Source: an uncultured Acidimicrobiales bacterium (GTDB taxonomy: Bacteria; Actinomycetota; Acidimicrobiia; Acidimicrobiales; SZUA-35). Taken from it: DNA of 64,000 bases. Positions within the stretch are counted from its first letter, which is position 1. Every line of letters begins with the position of its first letter. The stretch covers positions 567 to 64,566 of the forward strand of contig CALAJV010000005.1 of assembly GCA_937922805.1 (NCBI GenBank). Direction: 5' to 3'. The notes under the pieces were generated by a model, which worked only from the letters and a program-made list of their open reading frames with translations, did not search any database and was not told the DNA's origin. Below, one piece after another: positions 33,514 through 43,100 of the stretch. Made by a program: the position numbers and the translations under genes.

Positions 33514-35316
33514 CTAGCCCAAATTCAGAATCCGAATGTAGTCGATCTCGTAGGTGGCGCCCTGGCTTCCCAACGCTCGGGTGTCGAGCGGGCCCGGGCT
33601 ACCACCGAGGGCAAGATTGATCTTCAACTCCGTAATCGGTTTGTTGAACGGATCCGGATATCCCTGAATGGTGTCGACATGGGTTACTCGGTGCACCTCT
33701 TGGCCGTCTTGATACCACACGAGCACGCCATCTTGACCGTAGTCGAAGCGGAACGTATGCCATCGGGCTGAGAAATACTCCGACAGGTAGTGGCCACCGT
33801 TACTGGTGTGGCCATGCTGACCGTTCGGTTTCGTGTAGTGAAGTGTTTTGATGGTTCGCTTAGGGTCAACGGCTGTCATGACCTCTAAGAAGTCGAGCTC
33901 GCCACCCCGTGGCCAGCCCCCTCCGCCCCAACCCGAAGCCCAAACAGCAGGCCACAAACCGCCTTGGTTGTCGTGATCTGCCGGAGTTAGCTTCACTTTG
34001 AACTCCAACGCCTGGCCTGGTCTAAACGTTACGCCCTTAGTTCTGACCATGCCCGATGTAACTCTTCGAGTCGAACCGTTAGGACAGGTGTAGCTTTCAT
34101 TGAGCGCTCGTAGAACTAGCTTCCCGTTAGCCACCCATACGTTCTCGGGTCGATAGCACTGCAGTTCGTTGTTCCCATCTCCATACGTTGAGTGCTCCTT
34201 TTTCCAGACTGACGTGTTGAAGCTGTTGAAGTTCTCTTCCCAGACAATTCCGGGCGTTGGCGGTTGTGTTGTTGGTGCCTTCGTCGTCGGTGGCCGAGTA
34301 GTTGTCGGCGGCTTCGTGGTCGGCGGCTTCGTAGTGGACGGCTTCGTCGTCGGCGGCTTCGTGGTTGGTGCCTTCGTCGTCGGAGATTTGGTTGTCGGAG
34401 GCTTCGTTGCCTTCGTTCTCGTGGTCGGCGGGCGGGTACTCAGCGTCGGCTTCGTTGTCGGCGACTGGGTTAGTACTGTTCGAGGACGAGTACTTGTCGT
34501 TGCCTTTTCAGTTGCAGCTGGACTTGTTGTTACAGCAGGCGTCGTTTGATTCTGCCTTTTCTTCGCTCTCCGCTCGGTACTACGAACTTGAGCGGCAGAG
34601 ACTGTAGTAGCGGTCTTGGCACTTGAGCGCTGCGTTGCCTTGGCCGACCGTGTTTGCGATTTCGATGTCGTCTCAGACGCGGGCTCAGATGATCGGCCCG
34701 TGGTGGACGACGTTGGTGCGATCGAACTTTGTTGTTTATCTGTCGGCGTTGATTCGGTTGAGGCCGTGTTAGACGTTTCGTCAATATCAACCACTAGCGC
34801 CTGAACCGAGTCAGGTACACTCACCACCGTTGTTGTAAGGGCGGCCAATTCCTCCGTCCGTTGGCCGACAGTGAATTCGACAACATCACCGTTGTCGTTA
34901 TCGCCAGTATCTTCTTGAGAGAAGGCTTTCGCCGAGTATCGACCAGGACGAAGTTCGCCAGAGGGCATGCGGTATGTCCATCGGCCAGATGGTTCGACTC
35001 GAACGCTGAAACGGGCGGGTTTAGATCTCCACCCCTTGCCAGTCCAGAATTCATTAGTATCGATGTTCTGAACGGCCACTTGGATTTGTTTGGCCCCGCC
35101 ATCGAGTCGGGCCGACCCACTCACTACTAAATCGCCACCCACCGCAGAGTTGTCGGTAGGGAAGTCGACTGTCGTTGTTGGCGACTCGTTCGCAGCCAAC
35201 AGCATCGGAATACTGAAACCAGCTCCAGCCACGGCAAACACGGCTAGGTAGATCAGGGCCGAAGGCGAATATCGACGCCTACTCCGACCAAGGCTTCTGC
35301 GGCTATTTAGTACCAT
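33514..35316 (-). CDS. Glycoside hydrolase family 16 (beta-glucanase/laminarinase-like) with N-terminal Ig-like domain and PT-rich linker
   Basis: The GH16 catalytic motif GGELDFLEV is present. The linker reads KPPTTKSPTTKAPTTKPPTTKPSTTKPPTT. The protein has an N-terminal anchor and an Ig-like domain (aa 50-150). Its stop codon abuts the stop of the convergent kinase gene with no gap. Confidence 0.8.
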   Translation of the reverse strand: MVLNSRRSLGRSRRRYSPSALIYLAVFAVAGAGFSIPMLLAANESPTTTVDFPTDNSAVGGDLVVSGSARLDGGAKQIQVAVQNIDTNEFWTGKGWRSKPARFSVRVEPSGRWTYRMPSGELRPGRYSAKAFSQEDTGDNDNGDVVEFTVGQRTEELAALTTTVVSVPDSVQALVVDIDETSNTASTESTPTDKQQSSIAPTSSTTGRSSEPASETTSKSQTRSAKATQRSSAKTATTVSAAQVRSTERRAKKRQNQTTPAVTTSPAATEKATTSTRPRTVLTQSPTTKPTLSTRPPTTRTKATKPPTTKSPTTKAPTTKPPTTKPSTTKPPTTKPPTTTRPPTTKAPTTQPPTPGIVWEENFNSFNTSVWKKEHSTYGDGNNELQCYRPENVWVANGKLVLRALNESYTCPNGSTRRVTSGMVRTKGVTFRPGQALEFKVKLTPADHDNQGGLWPAVWASGWGGGGWPRGGELDFLEVMTAVDPKRTIKTLHYTKPNGQHGHTSNGGHYLSEYFSARWHTFRFDYGQDGVLVWYQDGQEVHRVTHVDTIQGYPDPFNKPITELKINLALGGSPGPLDTRALGSQGATYEIDYIRILNLG

Positions 35317-35512
35317 TCTCTGTTCCCGATTCGTAGCAGTGGAACCGGTTAGCTACCGGGCCCATCAACTACGTCGCAACGAGCCTTCGCTATGTCTCAA
35401 AAAGAACTCAAAAAGGTCAAAAAGGTGGCAGCTGACACACAGCGCACCGAGCTCAGCAATGGTCGTTGTCGACTAAACTCGAAGGACAAAAACTACAAAA
35501 CAGAGGCGCCCC

Positions 35513-36175
35513 ATGACCCGAATCAAGAAACAACAGCCGAAAACGCTCATCGCGCTGGTTGTTCTATGCCTGTTTGCTTCCGCCTGTGGCTCCACCAGTG
35601 ACGGTGCACTCGACGCAGGCGCAGAGGCCCAGAGTGACGAGACAACCGAGGTCGGCGACGACGCCGAAGACATGGACGACATGGACCACAGCAACGACGA
35701 CATGGACGACATGGACGACATGGACCACAGCAACGACGACATGGACGGCATGGCAATGGGTGACGCTGACGCCACACCGGCCAGCGAAGTCGTCGGGGCC
35801 GACATCACCAAGGCCTCATTCGCCTTGCTTGATTCATCACCCGAAGGCTTCGAGCAACTCGATGGCGTAGCCACCATTGCTCGCTATGAAGGAACGACGA
35901 TAACAATTGAGTTCACCGGACTCCAGCCTGGCTTGGATTACATTAGCCACCTCCACGCCGGCTCATGCGACGAGAGCGGCGGTCCACACTTCAAGTTCGA
36001 CCCGGATGGCGCCGATGCACCACCAAACGAAATTCACTTGACCTTCACTTCGACCCCCGAAGGCCTGGGGTTCATGACCGCTGAAAACGACATGGCCGTT
36101 GCTGATGAAGGTCAATCAGTTGTCGTACACCTGGCCGGTCAGATGAGCGACAAAATCGCCTGCGCCCAGCTCTGA
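35513..36175 (+). CDS. Lipoprotein with Asp/Met/His-rich repeats and a Cu/Zn-superoxide-dismutase-like (possibly Cu-only SodC-like) domain
   Basis: The lipobox is LVVLCLFASAC-GS. The repeats read DDMDDMDHSNDDMDDMDDMDHSNDDMDGM. The SodC-like pattern is GLQPGLDYISHLHAGSC...GGPHFKF...VVVHL...KIACAQL. The Cu-site His residues and the disulfide Cys pair are in place, and the Zn-loop ligands are not obvious. Confidence 0.5.
   Translation: MTRIKKQQPKTLIALVVLCLFASACGSTSDGALDAGAEAQSDETTEVGDDAEDMDDMDHSNDDMDDMDDMDHSNDDMDGMAMGDADATPASEVVGADITKASFALLDSSPEGFEQLDGVATIARYEGTTITIEFTGLQPGLDYISHLHAGSCDESGGPHFKFDPDGADAPPNEIHLTFTSTPEGLGFMTAENDMAVADEGQSVVVHLAGQMSDKIACAQL
35671..35755 (+). repeat. In-frame tandem repeat encoding the DDMDDMDHSN units
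   Basis: The unit catggacgacatggaccacagcaacgacga (35671-35700) is repeated with an extra catggacga insertion at 35701-35739 and has a degenerate tail. Confidence 0.8.
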
Positions 36176-36201
36176 GAGGTTTCTCAATAGGTCAGACCGT
36201 A

Positions 36202-36238
36202 GCTACGCCCGGTGAAACCACCGGGCGTAGCCTTTTTG
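36202..36238 (+). terminator. Intrinsic terminator after the SodC-like gene
   Basis: A perfect 13-bp stem (gctacgcccggtg with caccgggcgtagc) has a 4-nt loop (aaac) and is followed by ctttttg. Confidence 0.85.
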
Positions 36239-36287
36239 ATCGCTTCGGCGAGAGCCGTTGCCTAGGCGACCAATCCTGTTCAGATTG

Positions 36288-38504
36288 TTAACAGTGCCGA
36301 CCTGACCGTTGAAACGGTCGAGCAGTTCCTTGATCGCCGTTGTTGCGATCAGCGGGGTCGTCGTACCAAGTGTGAGTTCGCGGATTGTATAAGCCAAAGC
36401 CGGTGCCGACCCGCGAGTCGAAGTGCCACCAGGCCGATGCCGCACCGTGGCGGCCAACCGAGTTGATAGCCCACAGTCGATCACAGGCCAAATCTTTGGC
36501 GTTGCCCCAACCAACCCAGCCCTTCACCTGGGGGTGCGCGTTGAAGAACACCCGCGAGTGTCCGTATTCGCCGATGAACAATGGCATATTCCCGGCCTGA
36601 GCCACTCTGTCTTGCTCGGCAAAACCCTCGGCCATGTTGGCGCGAGCGATGGCTCGAACTGCCGGGTCGGAGGTACCGCAATCCGGCTCAGCGGAACGTG
36701 CTGCGACTTCCTCCCAGCTGAATAGTCGAGTCGGGTCCGGAACAATCTTGTCTGATACCGCATAGCAGCCTCCGGTGCGCCAGTTGGCGGCACTCGTACC
36801 AGTGGCAGTTCCGCGGCGCCACTCATCGCGACCCGAGAGATCTGGGTCGCCGAAGCCGTCGTCATCGGCGTCGAAATCAATCTCGTCTCCTCCGCGAGTG
36901 CTCGAATCGGCCTTCGCTGGTAAGCCAGTGTGATAACTGTGGGCCGACCAGATGAGGTTTGGATACTTCGACGTTCCGTCCTCAGTTACTAGACCAGCTC
37001 GAACTGCGGTCGACTTTGAAAGCTGCGCACCGAAGAATCCGCTAAGAATCAGAGGCTTGTCGTTATCGATGGCCCGCAAATTGGGAATCCACTCGTTGAA
37101 TAAGCTAATGATCTCATCAGTGCTTTCGTAAGGGTTGTGGTTCGGCGGATGGGGTTCATTCATCAGTTCGAATGCGATGATATTTTCGAACTGTTGCGAC
37201 CAGATCAACATCCTTTGCAGGTAGTCGCCCCCAAGAGTGGCACCGGTCTCAGTCCGATAGCTAACGACTTCGAACATGTCATCGTTGTCATAGGCGTGTT
37301 GGAGGTCGCGAGCCGACTTAGCTTCATCCCAAGCCCATTGGGGTAGCCAGTAGCGCCTAGTTTCATTGGCCCCAGCGTGCATAGGGTCGAGAACTACACC
37401 TACCCCTGCGTCACCCAACCGCCGGATCAGATCAGCTACTTGACGCATCCGTGGGTCAGCGTTCAACTGAGCCTGAGTTTGCGGTCCGGTTGGTTCAACG
37501 TCATCCCAGTGGAGTGGCATCCGAACGACGTCGAACCGGGTGGCCAGATCGGCCACGGTCTGGTCGTCCACCGAGTAGCTTCCGTTCCAGAATGCGTCAC
37601 CGCGAAGACTCACTGCCTTCCATAGGGCTGGTTGAGTTCGATCTGAAGATCGAACAATTTCCCATCTCCCATCTACGTTGGCCGTTTGATACCACTCGTT
37701 GGTCGGCCCTGCTGGCGGTTCCTTCGACGCCGATTTGGTTTCTCCGCACCGACGAGGCTTTGAAAGGTCTTCGTTCTTCCCAACGACCGTCATCCGGTAA
37801 TCGACCTCAGCGTCAGGCAGCAAACTGGTATCGGTCCAAATAGCTTGTGTGGCCGGAACTCGGGTGGCGCCAGACCACGACCCGCCGTCAACTCGCCGCT
37901 CGATGATGATGGCTGCCGCCTCGTCTTTGTGCGACCGGGTTTTGGTCAGCGCTGCTGAACTACCGTCGCTGGTAAAGGTGGCCCAACACGAGGCTACTAG
38001 CCGAGGAACCGAGAATGGAGGCAGAGCGGCCGACTCCCCGCAACGCTTGGCCGCTGATCGGATTTCGTTCGCACCTACGACCTTCATCCGATAGTCAAAA
38101 TTAACTCCAGGCCGCAAGGTCGAGTCGGTCCAGACAGCCTCCGTCGGACCGAGGCGGGCCGCCCACCACCACTTGCCACCATCAGCTCTTCGCTCAACGA
38201 TTATGGCCGACGCCTTGTCGTTGGAGGAACGAGTTCTGGTCACCACAACCGACTCCCCGTCACGGCTGAACGTTGCCCAACACGAAGCCACCGGGCGAGG
38301 CCGCGAAGACAAGGTTGCTTCGGCCGAAGAACTTACCAAGACCGAGACCGAGCTGCACAAAATTGCCGCCACTAATCCTGCTGATGCCAACCTCCGACAA
38401 ATACCGATCGACCGTGCCGCAAATTTCACTCGCCCTGATTTCACTGCGCCTGATTTCACTGCACTTGATTTCACTGCACTTGGGCTCACTGCACCTGATT
38501 TCAC
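36288..38504 (-). CDS. Glycoside hydrolase family 5 (cellulase/mannanase-like) with two N-terminal FN3/Ig-like repeats
   Basis: GH5 acid/base motif FELMNEPH and nucleophile motif LFIGEYG are present. A duplicated N-terminal domain reads VASCWATF[ST].DG.S...T.TRS...[DK].A.AIIVERR.DGG.W. The start is uncertain because the first 25 codons lie in a 15-nt tandem repeat. Confidence 0.75.
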   Translation of the reverse strand: MKSGAVSPSAVKSSAVKSGAVKSGRVKFAARSIGICRRLASAGLVAAILCSSVSVLVSSSAEATLSSRPRPVASCWATFSRDGESVVVTRTRSSNDKASAIIVERRADGGKWWWAARLGPTEAVWTDSTLRPGVNFDYRMKVVGANEIRSAAKRCGESAALPPFSVPRLVASCWATFTSDGSSAALTKTRSHKDEAAAIIIERRVDGGSWSGATRVPATQAIWTDTSLLPDAEVDYRMTVVGKNEDLSKPRRCGETKSASKEPPAGPTNEWYQTANVDGRWEIVRSSDRTQPALWKAVSLRGDAFWNGSYSVDDQTVADLATRFDVVRMPLHWDDVEPTGPQTQAQLNADPRMRQVADLIRRLGDAGVGVVLDPMHAGANETRRYWLPQWAWDEAKSARDLQHAYDNDDMFEVVSYRTETGATLGGDYLQRMLIWSQQFENIIAFELMNEPHPPNHNPYESTDEIISLFNEWIPNLRAIDNDKPLILSGFFGAQLSKSTAVRAGLVTEDGTSKYPNLIWSAHSYHTGLPAKADSSTRGGDEIDFDADDDGFGDPDLSGRDEWRRGTATGTSAANWRTGGCYAVSDKIVPDPTRLFSWEEVAARSAEPDCGTSDPAVRAIARANMAEGFAEQDRVAQAGNMPLFIGEYGHSRVFFNAHPQVKGWVGWGNAKDLACDRLWAINSVGRHGAASAWWHFDSRVGTGFGLYNPRTHTWYDDPADRNNGDQGTARPFQRSGRHC

Positions 38505-38508
38505 TGCA
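38434..38508. repeat. 15-nt x5 tandem repeat at the extreme 5' end of the GH5 ORF
   Basis: The consecutive units are cctgatttcactgcg, cctgatttcactgca, cttgatttcactgca, cttgggctcactgca and cctgatttcactgca. Translated on the minus strand they give the SAVKSGAVKSG series. Confidence 0.9.
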
Positions 38509-38659
38509 CACCTCGCTTGTGGCCTACTAGGCCTTCGAACAAGGTCAATCAGACATCATGAGCCGGCGGCCCGCCAGGACTAGGCTTGCACCAACCCTGC
38601 ACCAAACGCCCTAAACAGCGGTTGTTTCTACCAAATGATGCTGGCAGAATGCGCTTTGC

Positions 38660-39127
38660 TTGTACCAGATGGACAGGACTGCTGTTCCGAATTCGATGTC
38701 TGAAAATTCACCTCTAGCTGAACTACTAAGTCGGCATAAAGCAGCAACACAGCTGGGCGACGCCAAATTGGCCCGACTCTGTTGCGAATTCGCTGACGAC
38801 CCACTGTTTGTTCACCGCTCCAACATCCGTAACTGGGCGACCGGGCAGTCCCGGAGCGCCCAGAACTGGCGTCAGATCGCAACGCTAGCTACCGTGCTCG
38901 GCCTCGACCGCGAACAAGCCAACGAGTTACTCGACGCCGCTGGTTGTTCGTCGCTAGAACAGATCCAACGTGCGCTCAAACCCGAAGACGTTCGATTCGT
39001 TGCCCATTGGCCCGTCCCTTCGACACCGGAACCACCGCAGGACCAGCAACCAAAACCAAACTACGAAGAGGAGCTTCGCTCCTTAGCTCCCGAAGGGTCA
39101 GACCGACCGGGGAACCACCGTCACTAG
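38660..39127 (+). CDS. XRE-like helix-turn-helix protein; probably the N-terminal part of a gene interrupted by an in-frame TAG
   Basis: The HTH-like segment is LAELLSRHKAATQLGDAKLARLCCEF...VHRSNIRNWATGQSRSAQNWRQIATLATVLGLDREQANELLDAAG. The ORF ends in TAG at 39125-39127, in the same frame as 39230-40081. Alternative starts are ATG 38669 and 38696. Confidence 0.55.
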   Translation: MYQMDRTAVPNSMSENSPLAELLSRHKAATQLGDAKLARLCCEFADDPLFVHRSNIRNWATGQSRSAQNWRQIATLATVLGLDREQANELLDAAGCSSLEQIQRALKPEDVRFVAHWPVPSTPEPPQDQQPKPNYEEELRSLAPEGSDRPGNHRH

Positions 39128-39229
39128 TCTGATCTCGAAGATGCTTGGTTCGATGGCGTCCAATCACCAGCCAAATCAAAGCAACGGCCAATTAGAACCA
39201 TTGCCGCCGTCATCGGCATACTAACTCTT

Positions 39230-40081
39230 TTGATAATCGGCGGCTTCGCTGGTCTTCGCTTGCGAAACGGAACCGGTCAAGCACCGACCGGTGATGAGAA
39301 TGCAAACGCTGAACAATCGACAGGGACGGCATCTTCGAACGACTCGCCTGTTTCCAACATCGCCAGCCCGTCTCCTGGCTACCTCTCATCTAGTCAACTG
39401 ATCTTCGCCGGGCAATCAACCTCGGAGATGGGCGTGAACGACGTATTCATAACCATCAACGACATGTCGCGCAACCGATACTGGAGTGATGAAGATCAAC
39501 AGTGGCAAGAGACCTACGACAAAAAGAAACACCAATTTCCGTTTGCCGTATCCCAGTCCGGTGGAACTGACGTTGGTTGGTCATACCAACTTCCAGTTGA
39601 GTTAGAACCAGGCCGATATCGGGCTCGGGTTTGGTCCCGACGCGCCGATTTGATAAACAACGAGTTGGACGGAAGGTTTGTCGAATTTATTTACCTCAGC
39701 GAGAATCCTGAGCTCGCAGCGGCAACGGCACCGATCGAATCGACAATTACCTCACCATCGGAAGGCGACTCAATAGAATCTGATCAAAACTTGCTCGGCT
39801 CACTAATCGTTGAAGGGTCGACTAGCAGCAATATCGGCGTCGATGAAATCGTGGCTATGGTCTTCGACCCGAACCGCAGACAATACTGGAATCCAGACGA
39901 AGCAAGTTGGCAAGATACATTTGTCGGGTTTGAAATTCCGATCGACGAGAATCAAGATCAGGCGTCGTGGCAATACCAGCTAACCGGCCTCGAGCCCGGC
40001 AGTTATTCGGTGAGCGTGCGAGGCGCGAACGCCACTGGGATTGAAGAGCTCGGCCCGACCGTCTCGTTCACCGTCGACTAG
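39230..40081 (+). CDS. Protein with two Ig-like domains; the TTG start splits a predicted TM helix, so it is probably the C-terminal part of the 38660 gene
   Basis: Two domains are alignable with the kinase and GH16 Ig-like domains (..YW...W......W.YQL...LEPG.Y...V). The in-frame upstream sequence back to the TAG encodes RPIRTIAAVIGILTLLIIGGFAGL and has no ATG, GTG or TTG. Confidence 0.55.
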   Translation: MIIGGFAGLRLRNGTGQAPTGDENANAEQSTGTASSNDSPVSNIASPSPGYLSSSQLIFAGQSTSEMGVNDVFITINDMSRNRYWSDEDQQWQETYDKKKHQFPFAVSQSGGTDVGWSYQLPVELEPGRYRARVWSRRADLINNELDGRFVEFIYLSENPELAAATAPIESTITSPSEGDSIESDQNLLGSLIVEGSTSSNIGVDEIVAMVFDPNRRQYWNPDEASWQDTFVGFEIPIDENQDQASWQYQLTGLEPGSYSVSVRGANATGIEELGPTVSFTVD

Positions 40082-40128
40082 TCAAGGTCTGTCGCTACAG
40101 AGCCACTCGATCTACCTTCGATCGTCGG

Positions 40129-43100
40129 CTAATCGAGGGCGATTACCGCTATCTCGATAGGTCGATAGGCCCTAAGAGCGAGCGCTCCTCGTAAGGCGGC
40201 CACATCTGTATTGGCTTGCCCGACAACTTCGAGCCTCATCCCACTACGGAAGCCCACTGCATGCAAGTACCCAACTACTTGGTCAACCGAGAGAATCGTC
40301 GGTGTTCCGGTCCAATCGGTTTTGACGAAGTTCCCTGCGCTGTCCCGGTCGATGACGAGCACGAATGTGTTCGGGTCAGCGGTAGTTTGGTAGTCCACCG
40401 TGGTTAAGTTCAGCCCGCGACCGAAAATTCTCTCAGAGGGTGTCAGTTCTTGAACAACAATGGTGTTGACCGGCAACTGTCGCAGTGCTTCGAGTATTTT
40501 CTGTCCATCTTGATCTAGTTCGACGCTGACGTTGAGCAGTTCGGCCTCGGCACGGTTCGTCTGGTCGACAAAAGCCTCGGCATCGACCAACCCAGCTGGT
40601 TTCGCTCCCGCTAAGTCCTGCCAGTCCAAATAAAAGTTGTCGACGCGAAGCGCCAGCTGTTCGTAGGCAGCAAGCCATGACTCAGCGGCCCACAGGTTCT
40701 TGTCGTCAAGAATCGTTTTGAACTCGAGCATGACTGATCGATTGCGATCGTTGGCTGCTGCCAGCTTCGGATACAACTCGGTAGGAGTCGGCCCGTTGCC
40801 AGGCCCTTCATTACGCAGGCCGACCTCGGTTTCAGGCCCATCAATGCCGACTATCCCAAACCCATCAACAGCCTGACGATCGATATCGACGAAGTCTAGA
40901 TCGGACGCATCCAACCCAGCCTCCAACAAACCGACACCGAGAAAGCGAAGCGCTGCCTCAGTATCAGATTCGAACGCGAGGGCTCGTCCCTCTAATCGAA
41001 GCTCCATGCCTCGAACATACCCAGCAGCAACGAGGCGTCGAAGAAGTTCAGCGGTGGGAAGTGCCCGTAGTTGACCACCGGCAACCGACTCAACAAACGA
41101 ACCGTCAACACCTGCATCCACCATCAGCACAAAGGTGTTTGGCTCAGCGCTCGTGATACCGAGTCGGCTCGTTAGGTTGAGTCCTCGGCCAGGAACTTCA
41201 CCACCTGCCACCACAAATTCAGGTTCGAAGGTCGAGAGTGCTAAACCGGCTGCCGTAGGCTCGTTGTCGGTCGCCCTTAGGTAGTCGTCAATGATCTGCT
41301 GGCCTCGTTCAACCAGGCGGCGGCCCTCGGCTTCGATCTCAAGCCCATCAACAGTGTCCGACGAAGATGCACTGCCTAGGTCCGGATCTTTGCTGGTGGG
41401 GTACGCCCTGAGCTTGGACAAGTAGTCGGCGGTTTCGACCCGATACTCATCGGTTTGACGGCGCAGCATACTAAAGCTTATGGCACCGACATTTTGAAGT
41501 AGCTGTTCTAGTTGGCTACCAAGGTCAGTAGCTTGACGGGCCAGTACCAAACCATCTTCATACGTAAACGATCCAGTTGAGTTCGACGCCGTATCACCGT
41601 CCGGCGGTTCGGGGGTGGTCGGCGTGTCGGTACCATCATCGTCGACTACCACCGCAGTTGGATCCGAGTCGTTGGCCGCGTTTTGACCCGGTTGCGGAGA
41701 GAACGGCAGCGTGCCATCTCGTTGAACAATTTGCCCGGGCTCAACGCCCGCATCGCCCAAGGCGTCGGCAATATCGAACACGTACTGGACCGCTGTTGGG
41801 CCGAGTGGCCGGGGTATCTCGAGTATCATTCCTTGATCAAATCTGGCATCAATGATCGCGTTGGCTACTTGCAACGCTGTTAACGTCTGCCCGCCGAAGT
41901 TTGCGTACGCACCGGTTGGCGTTAGGTCAGCACCGAACACGAAGTAGTTGCTTTGATTACGAGTCGAGAGCGTTGTGCTCCCAAGGTTTAGTCCTCGCCC
42001 TCCCACTACACTGCCGGTTCCGAGCGGCTGAACGCCTTCGACGGTGCCGAGAGGTCCGGGTTGACCGTCGTTGGCGGCCAGATCACCGATTTGTTGCTCG
42101 CCCACGTTTATGGTTTGGACACTGAGTTGATCACCGTCGAGCGCCATTTGAAACTGCAGCTCTGCCACTATCGCTTCATCGACAATGTCGGTGAAGACTT
42201 CAAGGTTCATGGTCGGCTGAAATCCGGCTGCTCGAATTTCGTCGGCTAGTTCGTCGGCCGTTAGGACCACATCGGGGCCGTCCGGCTGAGCTTTGAAGAA
42301 GAGGCCAGCATCACTGGAGCTTGCTACGACCACAACAAACACATTCGGATCATCGCTGATACGGGCCCGCTTGGCGGTGAGGTTCAAGCCACGCCCAGCG
42401 ATCGGAACGAACGGAACAAGAGGTTGGCTGACTATTTCGACTGGAACGTGGTGGCCTATTTCGATGATGATCTGATCGATTTGGGTATCTACATCTTTGA
42501 CTCGAGCCGAAAGCGCAACCAGTTCATCTGGAGTCCTCTCAGACACCTCACGGACTTCTCCGGCTAGTTCGGCGATTTCGTCGACTATCAGTTGACGGTT
42601 GGTGGCAAACGCTCGATTACTAAACAAGTTTTTGGATCGCAACAGACTGTCTAGCTCCGCAATTCTTGTCTGCACAGCAAGAATTTCGGCGGCTGCATCA
42701 ACCGCTCGACCGGTCACGAAGGACGGTACCAAATCTCCGTCAAAGCCTCGTCTCCTCAATTCAGAAAGTAGCTCTGCGTCTGGACCGCCGCCACTCGAAA
42801 TTAGGATGTCCATATCCAACCTCAGACCAGCATTGAGAAGGCGACTAGCCAACTCACCCACCGACAACGGAGCGCTGCCAGTGCCTAACTCTGAAACGTA
42901 GTTCCCGTTTTCAACGTCAACCACGAGAACAAAGATCTCCATCGCTGTGCTGGTTAGATCAGGTTTGTTGGTGACGTTGATTCCTCGACCTTGAATATCA
43001 CCTTGAGGTGGTATCGCTACCGCTTTGAATCGAGCCGCTGGAGGAGGGAGAGAAGCCGAAGTGTTGCTACGGAGTTCGAGCAAATAATCTTCAACGTTCT

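Noticed and set aside
38434-38508. The 15-nt tandem repeats considered as a CRISPR array.
   Set aside because: The units are directly adjacent with no spacers and are far shorter than CRISPR repeats. No cas genes are in the window.
39125-39127. The in-frame TAG considered as a pyrrolysine codon.
   Set aside because: TAG is the ordinary stop of many genes in this window (for example 10527-10529, 12645-12647, 14921-14923, 22311-22313). No pyl genes are visible, and the lineage is not one known to use Pyl. A nonsense mutation, a sequencing error or low-level read-through is more likely.
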